Origin: an uncultured Nitrospiraceae bacterium
Lineage (GTDB): Bacteria > Nitrospirota > Nitrospiria > Nitrospirales > Nitrospiraceae
DNA: 64,000 nt
Assembly (NCBI GenBank): GCA_963846575.1
Contig: CAWJWJ010000001.1
Location: forward strand, 32,001-96,000
Reading direction: 5' to 3'
The number at the start of each line of letters is the position of its first letter. Position 1 is the stretch's first letter. Below the pieces are notes generated by a model, which was given only the letters and a program-made list of their open reading frames with translations, was not told the DNA's origin and did no database searches. The translations under genes were made by a program, and so were the position numbers. Below are positions 48,860-58,623 of the stretch, in pieces.

Positions 48860-49525
48860 ATGCAGCCCCGTGTTACGAACTCCACGAGTAAATGGCTGAT
48901 GGCGGGGGTCTGCTTCACCTGTCTCTTGAGTCTGAGCGGATTCGCCCACAGCGCCACAACCAAGACCTATGACTACAAGGTCATGCTCGATGACGATGAA
49001 ATCGGGTACCAGCGTTTCACCGTGACGTCCGAGGGCGAACGAACGCAGATTCAAGTGAACGCGGAGTTCAAGGTCAAATTCCTCCTGATCACGGTCTACA
49101 CCTACCGGCACAGCAACGCGGAGACATGGGACGGAGCATGTCTGCGGGAGATCCGGGCGGAGACGAATGATAACGGGGAGGAGTTCTTTGTCAAGGGAAC
49201 CTCCCAAGACAGCCGATTCCAGTGGCAGACCCAAGCAGGGGCCCGGACCGCGGAGGGATGCCTCAAGACCTTCGCCTACTGGAACCCCGAATGGCTGACC
49301 GGCAACCGGTTGTTGAATTCGCAGACGGGCGAACTCCAGTCGGCGGACATTACCGATCTCGGAAAAGAAACTATTCCCGTGCGCGGCACGCCCACAGCGA
49401 CCACCCGTCGACGAATCGTGACGGACCAGTTCACCATCGACCTCTGGTACGGGCTGGACGGCGAGTGGGTCGGCCTGCAATCCACCACAAAAAACGGTAG
49501 GACCCTTCACTACCGGCTCCAGTGA
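48860..49525 (+). CDS. Exported DUF6134-like protein
   Basis: Signal peptide, IGY, YWN, LLNSQTG, LWY. Confidence 0.7.
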   Translation: MQPRVTNSTSKWLMAGVCFTCLLSLSGFAHSATTKTYDYKVMLDDDEIGYQRFTVTSEGERTQIQVNAEFKVKFLLITVYTYRHSNAETWDGACLREIRAETNDNGEEFFVKGTSQDSRFQWQTQAGARTAEGCLKTFAYWNPEWLTGNRLLNSQTGELQSADITDLGKETIPVRGTPTATTRRRIVTDQFTIDLWYGLDGEWVGLQSTTKNGRTLHYRLQ

Positions 49526-49532
49526 GGAACAT

Positions 49533-50060
49533 ATGAGATATCGGTTCCTGTCCATCGTCGTGCTGGGCCTGTTGATCGGGCTGACAGCTTGCACCAAACA
49601 TCCTCCCATCCGCACCGAAAAGGCCGTGGACCTGCAGCGGTTCATGGGAGACTGGTATGTCATCGCCAACATTCCCTCTATGATCGAGACGGAAGCCTAC
49701 AATGCCGTGGAGTCCTATCGCCTGGAGGAGGACGGATCCATCGCGACGACGTTTACCTTCAGGGACGGCGGTTTCGAGGGGAAGAAGAAGGAGTACCATC
49801 CCACCGGTTATGTCGTCGATCGGACGAGCAACGCCATTTGGGGCATGGAGTTTGTGTGGCCGATTAAGGCCGATTACCGCATCATGTATGTCGATGAGGC
49901 CTACCAGCAAACCATCGTCGGCCGGCTCAAACGCGATTACGTCTGGCTGATGGCACGCACACCGGAGATCCCGGACGCCGACTATCAACGGTTTCTCACC
50001 CTCATTCGTGAAGAAGGCTACGATGTCTCGGAAGTCCGGAAAGTGCCGCAGCGGTGGTAG
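49533..50060 (+). CDS. blc: Bacterial lipocalin lipoprotein
   Basis: Lipobox LTAC, FMGDWYVIA, YVWLMARTP. Confidence 0.9.
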   Translation: MRYRFLSIVVLGLLIGLTACTKHPPIRTEKAVDLQRFMGDWYVIANIPSMIETEAYNAVESYRLEEDGSIATTFTFRDGGFEGKKKEYHPTGYVVDRTSNAIWGMEFVWPIKADYRIMYVDEAYQQTIVGRLKRDYVWLMARTPEIPDADYQRFLTLIREEGYDVSEVRKVPQRW

Positions 50061-50134
50061 GCGAGAGCCGGGTATGATTTCAAATGGAACGGAGAATTGT
50101 TACAGTAGGGCCTCACTGAGAGGGCCCTATCGAG

Positions 50135-50449
50135 ATGAATGATGAATCAACGAATCAAGCCATCGAGCTTCGCCTCACCTATCGCTACGCAAAGGAACAC
50201 CCCTGGACGGTGCAGGCCATCACCGGATTTCTCTCCGCCTACTTCATGGAGAAACCCGGCTTCAGCGTGCAGCGGCATTTCGACGAACTCGAATCCGGCA
50301 TGCACGTCTGGCTGTGCGAGATCCCGGCCAACATGAAAATGTCCGTGCTCTTGCGGCGCCTGCAAGCCGACATTCCCCCCTGTCGCCACATTCAATCGGG
50401 AAACGAGCAGGGAGGACGGCCTCAGTACATCATCGACAGCCCGGAGTAA
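50135..50449 (+). CDS. Hypothetical protein
   Basis: 104-aa ORF with plausible composition; no family recognised. Confidence 0.65.
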   Translation: MNDESTNQAIELRLTYRYAKEHPWTVQAITGFLSAYFMEKPGFSVQRHFDELESGMHVWLCEIPANMKMSVLLRRLQADIPPCRHIQSGNEQGGRPQYIIDSPE

Positions 50450-50635
50450 CGGCCTTTCTCGGGCATCGCTTGCGTCGGGCTCCGATGCGAGCGGAGCGTG
50501 CGGAACAGGTGCAGGCAGGCGAACGGCCATCCGAGTGAGCCTCGCGGGGGGAGGGGCACCATGGGTCCGCCCTCGCCAACGTACCGGCAGCCAGGCATCC
50601 AAGAGTCCCGCCGCCTGATTCTTCCGGCGGCCTGC

Positions 50636-51229
50636 TTATCCTCGCAAACTTGCCCTGAGACGGCCTAACTCCTTCTTGTAGGCCTCGGCATTGCCGAATT
50701 CGAGAAAGTCACGGTGGCGCGGATGCAGGCCGGCGCGGTGCTGGGCGTGCTTGATCGGACAAAAATATTGCTCCGTTCGCGCGGCAATCTCCCGGGTATA
50801 GGCCACGACTCCGTTGGCATAGCCGCAGTAGTCGCAATTGAGCCGTTCGATCCAGTTCAGATACTGCAGGTGGCCTCGATCCAACAGGATATACCGTGCA
50901 CGCTCCACTTTGCCGATCCCATAGACGGGGAAACAGATCGCCTGGTACAGGGTCATCCACAGATCCAGCAGGATCAATGGCAGGCTGATGGAATAAATCA
51001 TCGGCGCCACCAGCAGGGTCTTGACCGGCGCCTCCCACAAAAAGGCCCATGCACCCTGGCGGACGGTCTGGTGCAGCACGCGGGCTTCAGCGCTGAAAGC
51101 CACTCGGCCCCGCTCGATGACATAGCGCACTTCCCGCCGCTTCCCTTCAAGTTCTTCCGTCAGCGCCCGCTCGAGTTGGTGCTCCAATTCAGCGATGCGG
51201 GCCGCAATCCCGGAGATCTTCTTGTCCAT
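50636..51229 (-). CDS. Hypothetical membrane protein with Cys/His motifs
   Basis: Coiled N-terminus, TM, NCDYCGYANG, YFCPIKH. Confidence 0.8.
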   Translation of the reverse strand: MDKKISGIAARIAELEHQLERALTEELEGKRREVRYVIERGRVAFSAEARVLHQTVRQGAWAFLWEAPVKTLLVAPMIYSISLPLILLDLWMTLYQAICFPVYGIGKVERARYILLDRGHLQYLNWIERLNCDYCGYANGVVAYTREIAARTEQYFCPIKHAQHRAGLHPRHRDFLEFGNAEAYKKELGRLRASLRG

Positions 51230-52419
51230 CAGACCCTCCTTTCCTGCTTGCGCTCACCATCGCCCCGCCCACCCGCCGGGATGGTGGACCCTGCCTGATT
51301 CCCGGTGGCCGACACCACTTGAACGGCGCCCAACGAATAGGCCCGTCCATTCACGATGAGTTCCATCGTGTGGATTCCGGGATAATGACGGCGGGTGGTG
51401 AGTTGCCTCAACCAGAGCCGCTTCGTCAACCGTACCGCCCCCCGCGGCGCCATTTCCAGCGTCTTCAGCTTAAACACTTTCGGTCGACACCCGCCATTGG
51501 CCTTGACGTAACTCACACGCAGATCGACCAGCAGGCGCTGCGCCGTCGACGCCAGGCTGACTACTTCACAGGACACCACCACGAACGATCCGATCATGGC
51601 GCGCCGCGGCGTCAGACTCACCTTGCGAATCGCCACCTGCGCCTGCCGGCCGAAACCCAGCAGCTTCAGCGCACCCGGCTCGGCGCGTTTTATCGCGAAC
51701 CGTAGGGCGTGGCGAATGACCCACCGTCGCTCCGCCGTCGCCCCTACCATCCATTGCCTCGCCCTGTCTACGAGCAGGGCCGGGTGGTCCTTGCCGATGT
51801 CGTTCAAACTGTTCGCCACGCTGCGCCGCACATACAAGTCTGGGTCGTCTTTCAAGAGTTCGAGCAAGGCGAGGACCGGACGGGGATCGACCTGGAATGA
51901 GCGCAACCGGGGAGCCCAGGGCAGCCGCGGGCGAGTGCCCTCCGACACCAGCCGGCGCACATCGGCGCTCGGGTCCGAGGCCCATTCCCGGAGACGGGCG
52001 AGCGTCGCCTCCTGATGCCGCTCCAGAAACCGCCGGATGCTGAATTCCGCCGTGAAGAGTTTTGTCAGCACATACTGCGCCCGCATGGAGACTTCGAAAT
52101 GTTCCAGCCCGTATTCGGCCACGAACAGCACGTGCGGAAGAAAGAGAAAAGATGCCATGGCCTGCCCGGGGTTGTTCCGGGGCCTGTGGTCGAGGGAGGC
52201 GAGGAGGATTTCAGCCGCCTGCGGATAGTCATCGGGCAGGTACTGCCTGAGCGCCCTGGCGATCGCGCGGCCCCGCGGCATCAACTCGAGCGCCTCATAC
52301 CCTTGCAACGCGGACCTGATGAATGCCTGATCCGCGAATACGGGGAACACGGCGGAGATCATTCGCGCAATCGTGAGGGGGACAGCGGGACCGAATTGAT
52401 GTTTCAGCGGTTCAGCCAT
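51229..52419 (-). CDS. AlkC-like HEAT-repeat DNA alkylation repair protein
   Basis: FTAEFSIR, VRRLVSEGTRPRLPW, YVRRSVAN, TTRRHYPG. Confidence 0.85.
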   Translation of the reverse strand: MAEPLKHQFGPAVPLTIARMISAVFPVFADQAFIRSALQGYEALELMPRGRAIARALRQYLPDDYPQAAEILLASLDHRPRNNPGQAMASFLFLPHVLFVAEYGLEHFEVSMRAQYVLTKLFTAEFSIRRFLERHQEATLARLREWASDPSADVRRLVSEGTRPRLPWAPRLRSFQVDPRPVLALLELLKDDPDLYVRRSVANSLNDIGKDHPALLVDRARQWMVGATAERRWVIRHALRFAIKRAEPGALKLLGFGRQAQVAIRKVSLTPRRAMIGSFVVVSCEVVSLASTAQRLLVDLRVSYVKANGGCRPKVFKLKTLEMAPRGAVRLTKRLWLRQLTTRRHYPGIHTMELIVNGRAYSLGAVQVVSATGNQAGSTIPAGGRGDGERKQERRV

Positions 52420-52479
52420 GCCCTGCCCTGAGTCGCCCTGAAGCGTGAACCCGATCAAGCAACCGGGTCGCGGCCGCCA

Positions 52480-52875
52480 TTACCCGCCCGCAAAGACCGG
52501 GCGGAATCCGGCCTCGGTCAGAAGGCGGGCCACCTCCACCCGTTTGTCGCCCTGAATTTCGATCCGGCCCCCCTTCACCGTACCGCCGCTCCCGCAGGCC
52601 TTCTGCATGGCCTTGGCCAGTTGTTCCAGTTCGGCCTGACCGATGCCAAGGAAACCCGTGACGACCGTCACCGTCTTCCCCCCGCGATGAGCCGTCTGCC
52701 TGATGATATCCACCCTGCCGCGATGCTTCACCTTCGCTGCGACCATGGGCTCGGCGCAATCGACCGTCTTCCGGATTGCCGGGGTCGCCGGCACCCCGGC
52801 CTGCTTCAGCGCGGCAAAGGGACTCGTCCAGGCAACCGGCCCGCCATCCGTGGGAATGCGTGTACGTTCTTTCAT
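52480..52875 (-). CDS. yciH: SUI1-family translation initiation factor
   Basis: RGGKTVTVV, CGSGGTVK, IEIQGD. Confidence 0.9.
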   Translation of the reverse strand: MKERTRIPTDGGPVAWTSPFAALKQAGVPATPAIRKTVDCAEPMVAAKVKHRGRVDIIRQTAHRGGKTVTVVTGFLGIGQAELEQLAKAMQKACGSGGTVKGGRIEIQGDKRVEVARLLTEAGFRPVFAGG

Positions 52876-52879
52876 CTCG

Positions 52880-53452
52880 TTACCTTTCCGCGGGGTGCGC
52901 AGACCTCGTCCGGGCACCCTTCAAGGTCGTGACTGCCAGGTGTACCGACTTCATTCCGTCACCGATCAGCACCTCCCCTTCTTGAAGGGTGCAGTGCAAC
53001 TCCATGGTGCGTTGGGCCAGCTCCGTCATGGCACGGCTCGCCTCCGGCGGCACATTCCTGACGGTGAGATTATCAAACCGATCCAATGCCGACAGACGAC
53101 TCTTCCACCACTGGTCCGCAGCACGGCCTCCGTAGGTATAAATGCAGACCTGTCTGGCGCGACCGCAGGCCTGACGAATGACTTTCTCGTCCGGGAGACC
53201 GACATCGATCCAAAGCTCGATGGTCCCCGTCAAGTCTTTCTGCCAGAGCGCCGGTTCATCTTCTGCAGCCAGACCGCGGCCGAACGACAGGGTCTCATCC
53301 GCATGGAGCACGAACGCCAACAGGCGCACCATCATCCGTTCATCCGTTTCGGACGCATGCCGCGCAAGCGTCACGGCGTGGTCGTGGTAATAGTGCCGAT
53401 CCACGTCGGCAATGTGGAGGATCGCCTTACAGATAGTCGCGTTCGAGGCCAT
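52880..53452 (-). CDS. yaeQ: YaeQ family protein
   Basis: ARHASETDERMMVRLLA, DEPALW, LWIDVG. Confidence 0.92.
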   Translation of the reverse strand: MASNATICKAILHIADVDRHYYHDHAVTLARHASETDERMMVRLLAFVLHADETLSFGRGLAAEDEPALWQKDLTGTIELWIDVGLPDEKVIRQACGRARQVCIYTYGGRAADQWWKSRLSALDRFDNLTVRNVPPEASRAMTELAQRTMELHCTLQEGEVLIGDGMKSVHLAVTTLKGARTRSAHPAER

Positions 53453-53506
53453 GGCTGCTGATTCCTTCACGGTGACTGGCCGCGCCACGGGTGCGGCCAG
53501 CCACCC

Positions 53507-55825
53507 TCATTTTCGATTGATCTTGGCCTCGGCAAACGCGGTGTCGATCATGAAGCGCAAGTCGCTGGCGACCGTGGCCGGCTCGATGCCCGGACCGATT
53601 TCGATCCAGTAATACACGAGAAATACCAGCGCATGCTCGCTGAAATCATCCAGGAGCACATAGGGTTCCGGCAGCTTGAGGATTTTCCCGTGCCGCCCCG
53701 CCAGCTCGCACAGCAACTCCTTCACGCGGCGGGCATCGGACCCGGCGGCAACCGACATCCGCAGCGAGTAGCGTTTGTCATAGCTGGAGTAGGTCCAGTT
53801 GGTCAGATTCTTTTCGAGCAGGTTGCTGTTCGGCACCAGGGTTTCGACTCCGCTGACGTCCCGGATCGTGGACGACCGCAAACCGATGGTGGTGACCATG
53901 CCTCTGATCCCGTCCACCTCAATCACATCGCCGACCCGCAGGGGGCGCTCCATCAGCAGCAGTAACCCGCTGATGACGTTTTTCAAAAGGTTCTGGGTGC
54001 CGAACCCCACCCCGATCGCCAGGGCTCCGCCGAGGAACGCGAACGCGGTGATCGGAATCTTGACATAAAGCAGCGTCAGGATCACCAGAATCACGAACAG
54101 AAAGGCAAAGGCCCATTGCCGGATGATATTGGCGACGTTCGGATCGATTTGGAGCCGGGCGGTCGCCTGGCGCGCGGCGAAACGGGCCAGGAGACCGGCC
54201 AGCCAATAGCCGACGATCAGGATCGCCAGCGCGGTCACCACTTTCCCGAGCGTGACGCTGCGACGGCCCGTGACGGTCTTGCCGTCCACCTCGATGGTGT
54301 CATCCACGGTGAACAGTTCAACCTGCCAGGCGCCGGCCAACAGGGTCGTGGTCGTCTGCCCCCACTCCTTCATCCGCACGAGCATGGATCGCGCCCGCTC
54401 GCGCTGGGTAATTTCAGCCTGCCTGTTCTCAATCAGCCCCAACAACGAATCGGCCCGCTGCAACATGTGCCGGTACAGATCCTCCCTCTTCCGGTAGGCA
54501 TCGAGCATCTGGCCGAGGTGCTGCGCGGTTGCCGGCGAAGTCGTCCCCTCGAGGCGATCTTCCACGTCGCTGATCTGGCTGCCCAGCATGACCAATTGTT
54601 GTAACCCGTACTCCTTCCACCCCTGAATCTGTTTCGCCGCCGCGGACAGCTTCGAGGATGCCTCGCGCTCCTCCTCGAGCGAGAGACGTCCCTGCATCGT
54701 GGCAAAACGGATTTCCCACACTTGCCGTTCCTGTTCGAGGCCGCTCAACATCTGGCGCAACATATCGACATGCAGATTGACGTTGTCGAACCGCAGGCGG
54801 TTCAGCTCGACGGCGTTGGTGAGACGCTTCACCCGCTCCGATTGCGGCCGCTGACCCGTACTCTGGGTCGCCGAGGCCGGAACCGTCGCCGCGGACAGTT
54901 CGGCTTCACCGGCGGCCACCGCCTGCCGTCGCCTCGATTGTTCCTCAACCGCCTGCTCCATCTCCGCCATCAGCTCGCGATGGTCCGCCTCCAACCGCGT
55001 GGTAATCTTCTCGTAGTCTTGCTGGGGAAATGCCACCTCCTGTTTCGCGACAGCGAGTTGCCGATCGAGCAGGGCCGAGCGGTGACGAGCTTCGGCCAGC
55101 TCTTCCTGGATATGCTTCTTCTCCGCCTCCAACATGCCGATCCGCGCGGACTCCACCCGCTCGCGCAACTGGGCGAGGGCACGCTCCCCCGTCAGCGTTT
55201 CCCGTTTGGCGGGATCCTGCACTCCTTCCAGACGTTCGGTGACCTGCCGGACACGCTCTTGGGCGGTCTTGAGATTGCGGCGCGCCGTATCGGCCAGGCT
55301 CTCGGTCATCGTGAGCCTGGTTTGAACACCCTGCATCGCCAGCGCAATGGATCGCGCCGCATCACGCAACTCATCGACCTTCAGGACGGAATAGGGCGCG
55401 GGGGCGGGAAAGCCGTTCCATTCCTTTTGCTGCCGCTCGGCTTCGGCCACTCGTTGCCGCATTTGCTCCAGGTTTCTGAGGGCGTCGAGATGTTGCTCGT
55501 AGGTCTGCACCAGCCGCTGCAGCGAGGAGCGACGTTCCATCAATCGACCATCTGCGGACCCCGGAGGGGCTCCGTTCTTCGGAGGCTGCGCGGCAGGAAG
55601 TTCGTTGAGTTCGCGTTCCGCGTCGGAGAGTTTGCGTTGAAGTTCAGGGACGACCGCGTCAGGACCCGGATTTGCCGACGTGGTCGTGTCCGGCGTTCCC
55701 GCGGCGATATCTGCAGCCGTGCGAACGGTCTTCAGCCCGGAGGACGGTGAGGATTGCGCCACGGGAACAGGAAGCATCAGCAGCGCGATGAGCGGCCAGA
55801 GGGCAAAGATGACAGGCCTGAACAC
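53507..55825 (-). CDS. MscS-family mechanosensitive channel with large periplasmic coiled-coil domain
   Basis: Signal peptide; GALAIGVGFGTQN, ERPLRVGD, VPNS. Confidence 0.9.
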   Translation of the reverse strand: MFRPVIFALWPLIALLMLPVPVAQSSPSSGLKTVRTAADIAAGTPDTTTSANPGPDAVVPELQRKLSDAERELNELPAAQPPKNGAPPGSADGRLMERRSSLQRLVQTYEQHLDALRNLEQMRQRVAEAERQQKEWNGFPAPAPYSVLKVDELRDAARSIALAMQGVQTRLTMTESLADTARRNLKTAQERVRQVTERLEGVQDPAKRETLTGERALAQLRERVESARIGMLEAEKKHIQEELAEARHRSALLDRQLAVAKQEVAFPQQDYEKITTRLEADHRELMAEMEQAVEEQSRRRQAVAAGEAELSAATVPASATQSTGQRPQSERVKRLTNAVELNRLRFDNVNLHVDMLRQMLSGLEQERQVWEIRFATMQGRLSLEEEREASSKLSAAAKQIQGWKEYGLQQLVMLGSQISDVEDRLEGTTSPATAQHLGQMLDAYRKREDLYRHMLQRADSLLGLIENRQAEITQRERARSMLVRMKEWGQTTTTLLAGAWQVELFTVDDTIEVDGKTVTGRRSVTLGKVVTALAILIVGYWLAGLLARFAARQATARLQIDPNVANIIRQWAFAFLFVILVILTLLYVKIPITAFAFLGGALAIGVGFGTQNLLKNVISGLLLLMERPLRVGDVIEVDGIRGMVTTIGLRSSTIRDVSGVETLVPNSNLLEKNLTNWTYSSYDKRYSLRMSVAAGSDARRVKELLCELAGRHGKILKLPEPYVLLDDFSEHALVFLVYYWIEIGPGIEPATVASDLRFMIDTAFAEAKINRK

Positions 55826-56000
55826 GAAGGTTACCTCCCGCTGTCAAAAAACCATACATCCGTATCGACAGTCCAGTGGATGGTGACTGGAGATGCCGGC
55901 TAGTTCAAGCGGAGAATCGAATCGGTCGAGAGGCCAGGGACTCATCGGGTAGGAATCGGCAATTCCTTCGGCAGCAGCCGCATCGGCAAGGGGGTAGCGA

Positions 56001-56231
56001 TCATTCGAGCTCCGCGATATACATCCCCTCCACCCGCTCGCGCGCCCACGGGGTCTTGCGGAGAAACGTGAGGCTCGATTTCACGCTCGGGTTATTCAGG
56101 AAGCAGCGGACCGGCAGGCGACGGCCTAACTCAGGCCACCCATGCCGCTCGACGAGCTGGGTGACGATGGTTTCCAGCGTGATGCCGTGCAAGGGATCGC
56201 GGGGATGGGAAGAGGACGGTGGTTGGCTCAT
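56001..56231 (-). CDS. VF530/DUF2132-family protein
   Basis: PLHGITLE, PSVKSSLTFLRKTPWAR. Confidence 0.9.
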   Translation of the reverse strand: MSQPPSSSHPRDPLHGITLETIVTQLVERHGWPELGRRLPVRCFLNNPSVKSSLTFLRKTPWARERVEGMYIAELE

Positions 56232-56262
56232 AGGATTCGTCTGACCTCGCGCATGAACCGTG

Positions 56263-56291
56263 ACTTTAGATACAGTTTGTCAGGCGGTCAA
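56263..56291 (-). promoter_or_regulatory. Putative sigma70 promoter of the VF530 gene
   Basis: TTGACC-N17-TAAAGT. Confidence 0.5.
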
Positions 56292-56671
56292 GAGGGACGT
56301 CGATCACGCGAAGACCATTGCGGCAGGCCCGCACAGCAGCAGAATGGGGCAATCCGATTCTGTCAGGCGTCCAGGTCTCACCCGTAGCGCACCGGCTTCT
56401 CTCTCAGGAACCACGAGCCATCAAGCTTCTCACAATCCGCGCTGCACCCTCAGATATCACCGGTGCGCTAGGTGGGGAGGAACGGCAGGCCTGGCGCTCG
56501 TGCGCGCCCGGCTGAGTCGGAATAAACCCTCGCTTGCCACAATACAATCAGTTTGGCTGGTATAGTGAATGTGCAGGTCATGGCGTCGGCCTGGCGCAGG
56601 CTGACCATGATTGGAGTGGTTCCATCTCGCACGCAGTACCTCGCTTCCCCCTAACTGGAGGAGAGTTGTTT

Positions 56672-56791
56672 ATGCACACATCCTTGTTCCTGTTGTCCGT
56701 AGTCGCCATCGGCATGGCCGCACTCGCGGTCCCCAAACTCCTGCCGTCGCTCCTTCGACAGACCGGTAACCGGAAAAGCCGAAGATTCTAA
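56672..56791 (+). CDS. 39-aa single-TM small protein
   Basis: SD GGAGGAG; MHTSLFLLSVVAIGMAALAVPKLLPSLLRQTGNRKSRRF. Confidence 0.6.
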   Translation: MHTSLFLLSVVAIGMAALAVPKLLPSLLRQTGNRKSRRF

Positions 56792-57087
56792 CAGCGGCCG
56801 GTTGCACCTCCTGGAATGCCACCGACCGATGCAACAGTGATCTGGGGCGAGGGTATGCCGGCCCACGAACCCTGCGGCTCGTCGAGACGGCCGGTCGCCC
56901 CCACCTGGTCGGCTTCTTCAAACAAGGCCCCGCTGATCTGGGTCGGCGGGGCCTTCTCGTGCATGGCAGGGTCTTAGCGGCGAACTCCCCATTCAGGATT
57001 TGGAATGGCCCTGTCCGGCGGTTCTTGTCTGGGCGGCGTGCGCCCAAACCCGATTCGCGGTAGAGTGTGTCTGGAGGCATCCTCACG

Positions 57088-58419
57088 ATGGATAAATTAT
57101 CCACCATTCCTCAGTTCCTTTCGCATGACCTCTGGACGATCGACCTCGCCACGCTGCCCCGATACCAGCGCATCGGAGTGCATGCCATACGGCTCGCAAT
57201 CGCCGTTGCGATGGAATTCCGCCACCGGTTGCTCGATGCCCGCGCGGCGGGGCTGGTCTACACCACCCTCCTTTCACTGGTCCCCTTTCTAGCCGTCATG
57301 TTTTCGGTGTTAAAGGCCTTCGGCGTGCATCAGCAGATCGAACCGGTCCTGTCCCAAGCCCTGGAGCCTCTCGGCGCGAAGGGAGAAGAACTCACGACGA
57401 CCATCATCGGCTTTGTGGACAATCTCAAGATTGGGGTGCTGGGAGTCGTCGGCGTCGCAGGACTCTTCTACACGACCTACTCGCTCATTGATAAGATCGA
57501 GCAATCCCTGAACGCCATTTGGCTGGTGCGAGAGGGTCGTTCGTGGGGCAGGAAGTTTGCCGACTATTTGAGCGCCGTCCTGGTGGGCCCGCTGCTGGTC
57601 GTCACGGCGTTCGGCCTGTTGGCCTCGTTACATAGCCATAGCCTGGTACAGCGCCTGCTGGACATCCAGCCGTTCGGGTATGTGGTGGTGTGGGCAGGCC
57701 AATTCGTGCCCTTCATCATCCTGACCGGTGTCTTCACATTTTTTTACAAGTTCATCCCGAACACGCAGGTGCGATTCGAATCAGCCCTCGTCGGCGGCGT
57801 CAGTGCGGCCCTCCTCTGGGGCCTCGCCGGAGCAGCCTTCGCGAAGTTTGTGGCGGAATCGGCTAAGTACAGCGCGATCTATTCCGGATTCGCCGTGCTG
57901 ATCATCTTTCTGCTCTGGCTCTATGCCGGATGGCTGATCATCCTCATCGGGGCGCAGTTTTCGTTCTTCCACCAACATCCCACCGCCTACCGCTCGCGCC
58001 TCCTCTGGCAACAGGGGACCCATGCGTTTCGTGAGCGCCTGACCCTAAGCCTCCTCCTGGTCATGACTCGCCGATACCTGAAGGGCAACGGTCCGGTCAT
58101 GGCAGACGACCTGGCCATTGATCTTCGCGTGCCCGTGTCGCTCGTTGAGGACCAGGTCGAACAACTGGTGGAGGCTGGCCTGCTCGGTCTCATGACCAAG
58201 CCCGAAGGCGTGACCCTCACCAAGCCGCCCGAACTGATCTCCGTCAAGGAGGTGTTGGATGCCACCCACAAGGGCCAGGCCGCCGATGCCATGATACCGT
58301 TGGAGGCCGGTGACCCTGTTCGTGAGGTGTTGCGTCTTCGGGACAGTGCGATCGTCGAGGCTCTCGACGGTCAGACGTTGCGGTCTCTCGCCGAGAGCCA
58401 TAATTCCCGTGATGCGTGA
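57088..58419 (+). CDS. YihY/BrkB-family membrane protein with C-terminal Rrf2-like wHTH
   Basis: YTTLLSLVP, NAIW, IYSGFA, LLWLY; ISVKEVL tail. Confidence 0.88.
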   Translation: MDKLSTIPQFLSHDLWTIDLATLPRYQRIGVHAIRLAIAVAMEFRHRLLDARAAGLVYTTLLSLVPFLAVMFSVLKAFGVHQQIEPVLSQALEPLGAKGEELTTTIIGFVDNLKIGVLGVVGVAGLFYTTYSLIDKIEQSLNAIWLVREGRSWGRKFADYLSAVLVGPLLVVTAFGLLASLHSHSLVQRLLDIQPFGYVVVWAGQFVPFIILTGVFTFFYKFIPNTQVRFESALVGGVSAALLWGLAGAAFAKFVAESAKYSAIYSGFAVLIIFLLWLYAGWLIILIGAQFSFFHQHPTAYRSRLLWQQGTHAFRERLTLSLLLVMTRRYLKGNGPVMADDLAIDLRVPVSLVEDQVEQLVEAGLLGLMTKPEGVTLTKPPELISVKEVLDATHKGQAADAMIPLEAGDPVREVLRLRDSAIVEALDGQTLRSLAESHNSRDA

Positions 58420-58623
58420 CAACATCTGGCTGTCGTCTCCATGGCACAGGCCCGGTCGCCCCTCGAACGATGCGGTACGGACACATCCGCCTGCGTTCCA
58501 ATCTTCTCCTGTCCTTGCCGCAGCACCGCTCCGACTGATAAAAGAATGAGTTAACGCTGCAGCGATCCGGGCGACCTGTTCGTCCCCTGTATCGTCGGGC
58601 GACCAACAACCAAGAGACACGCT

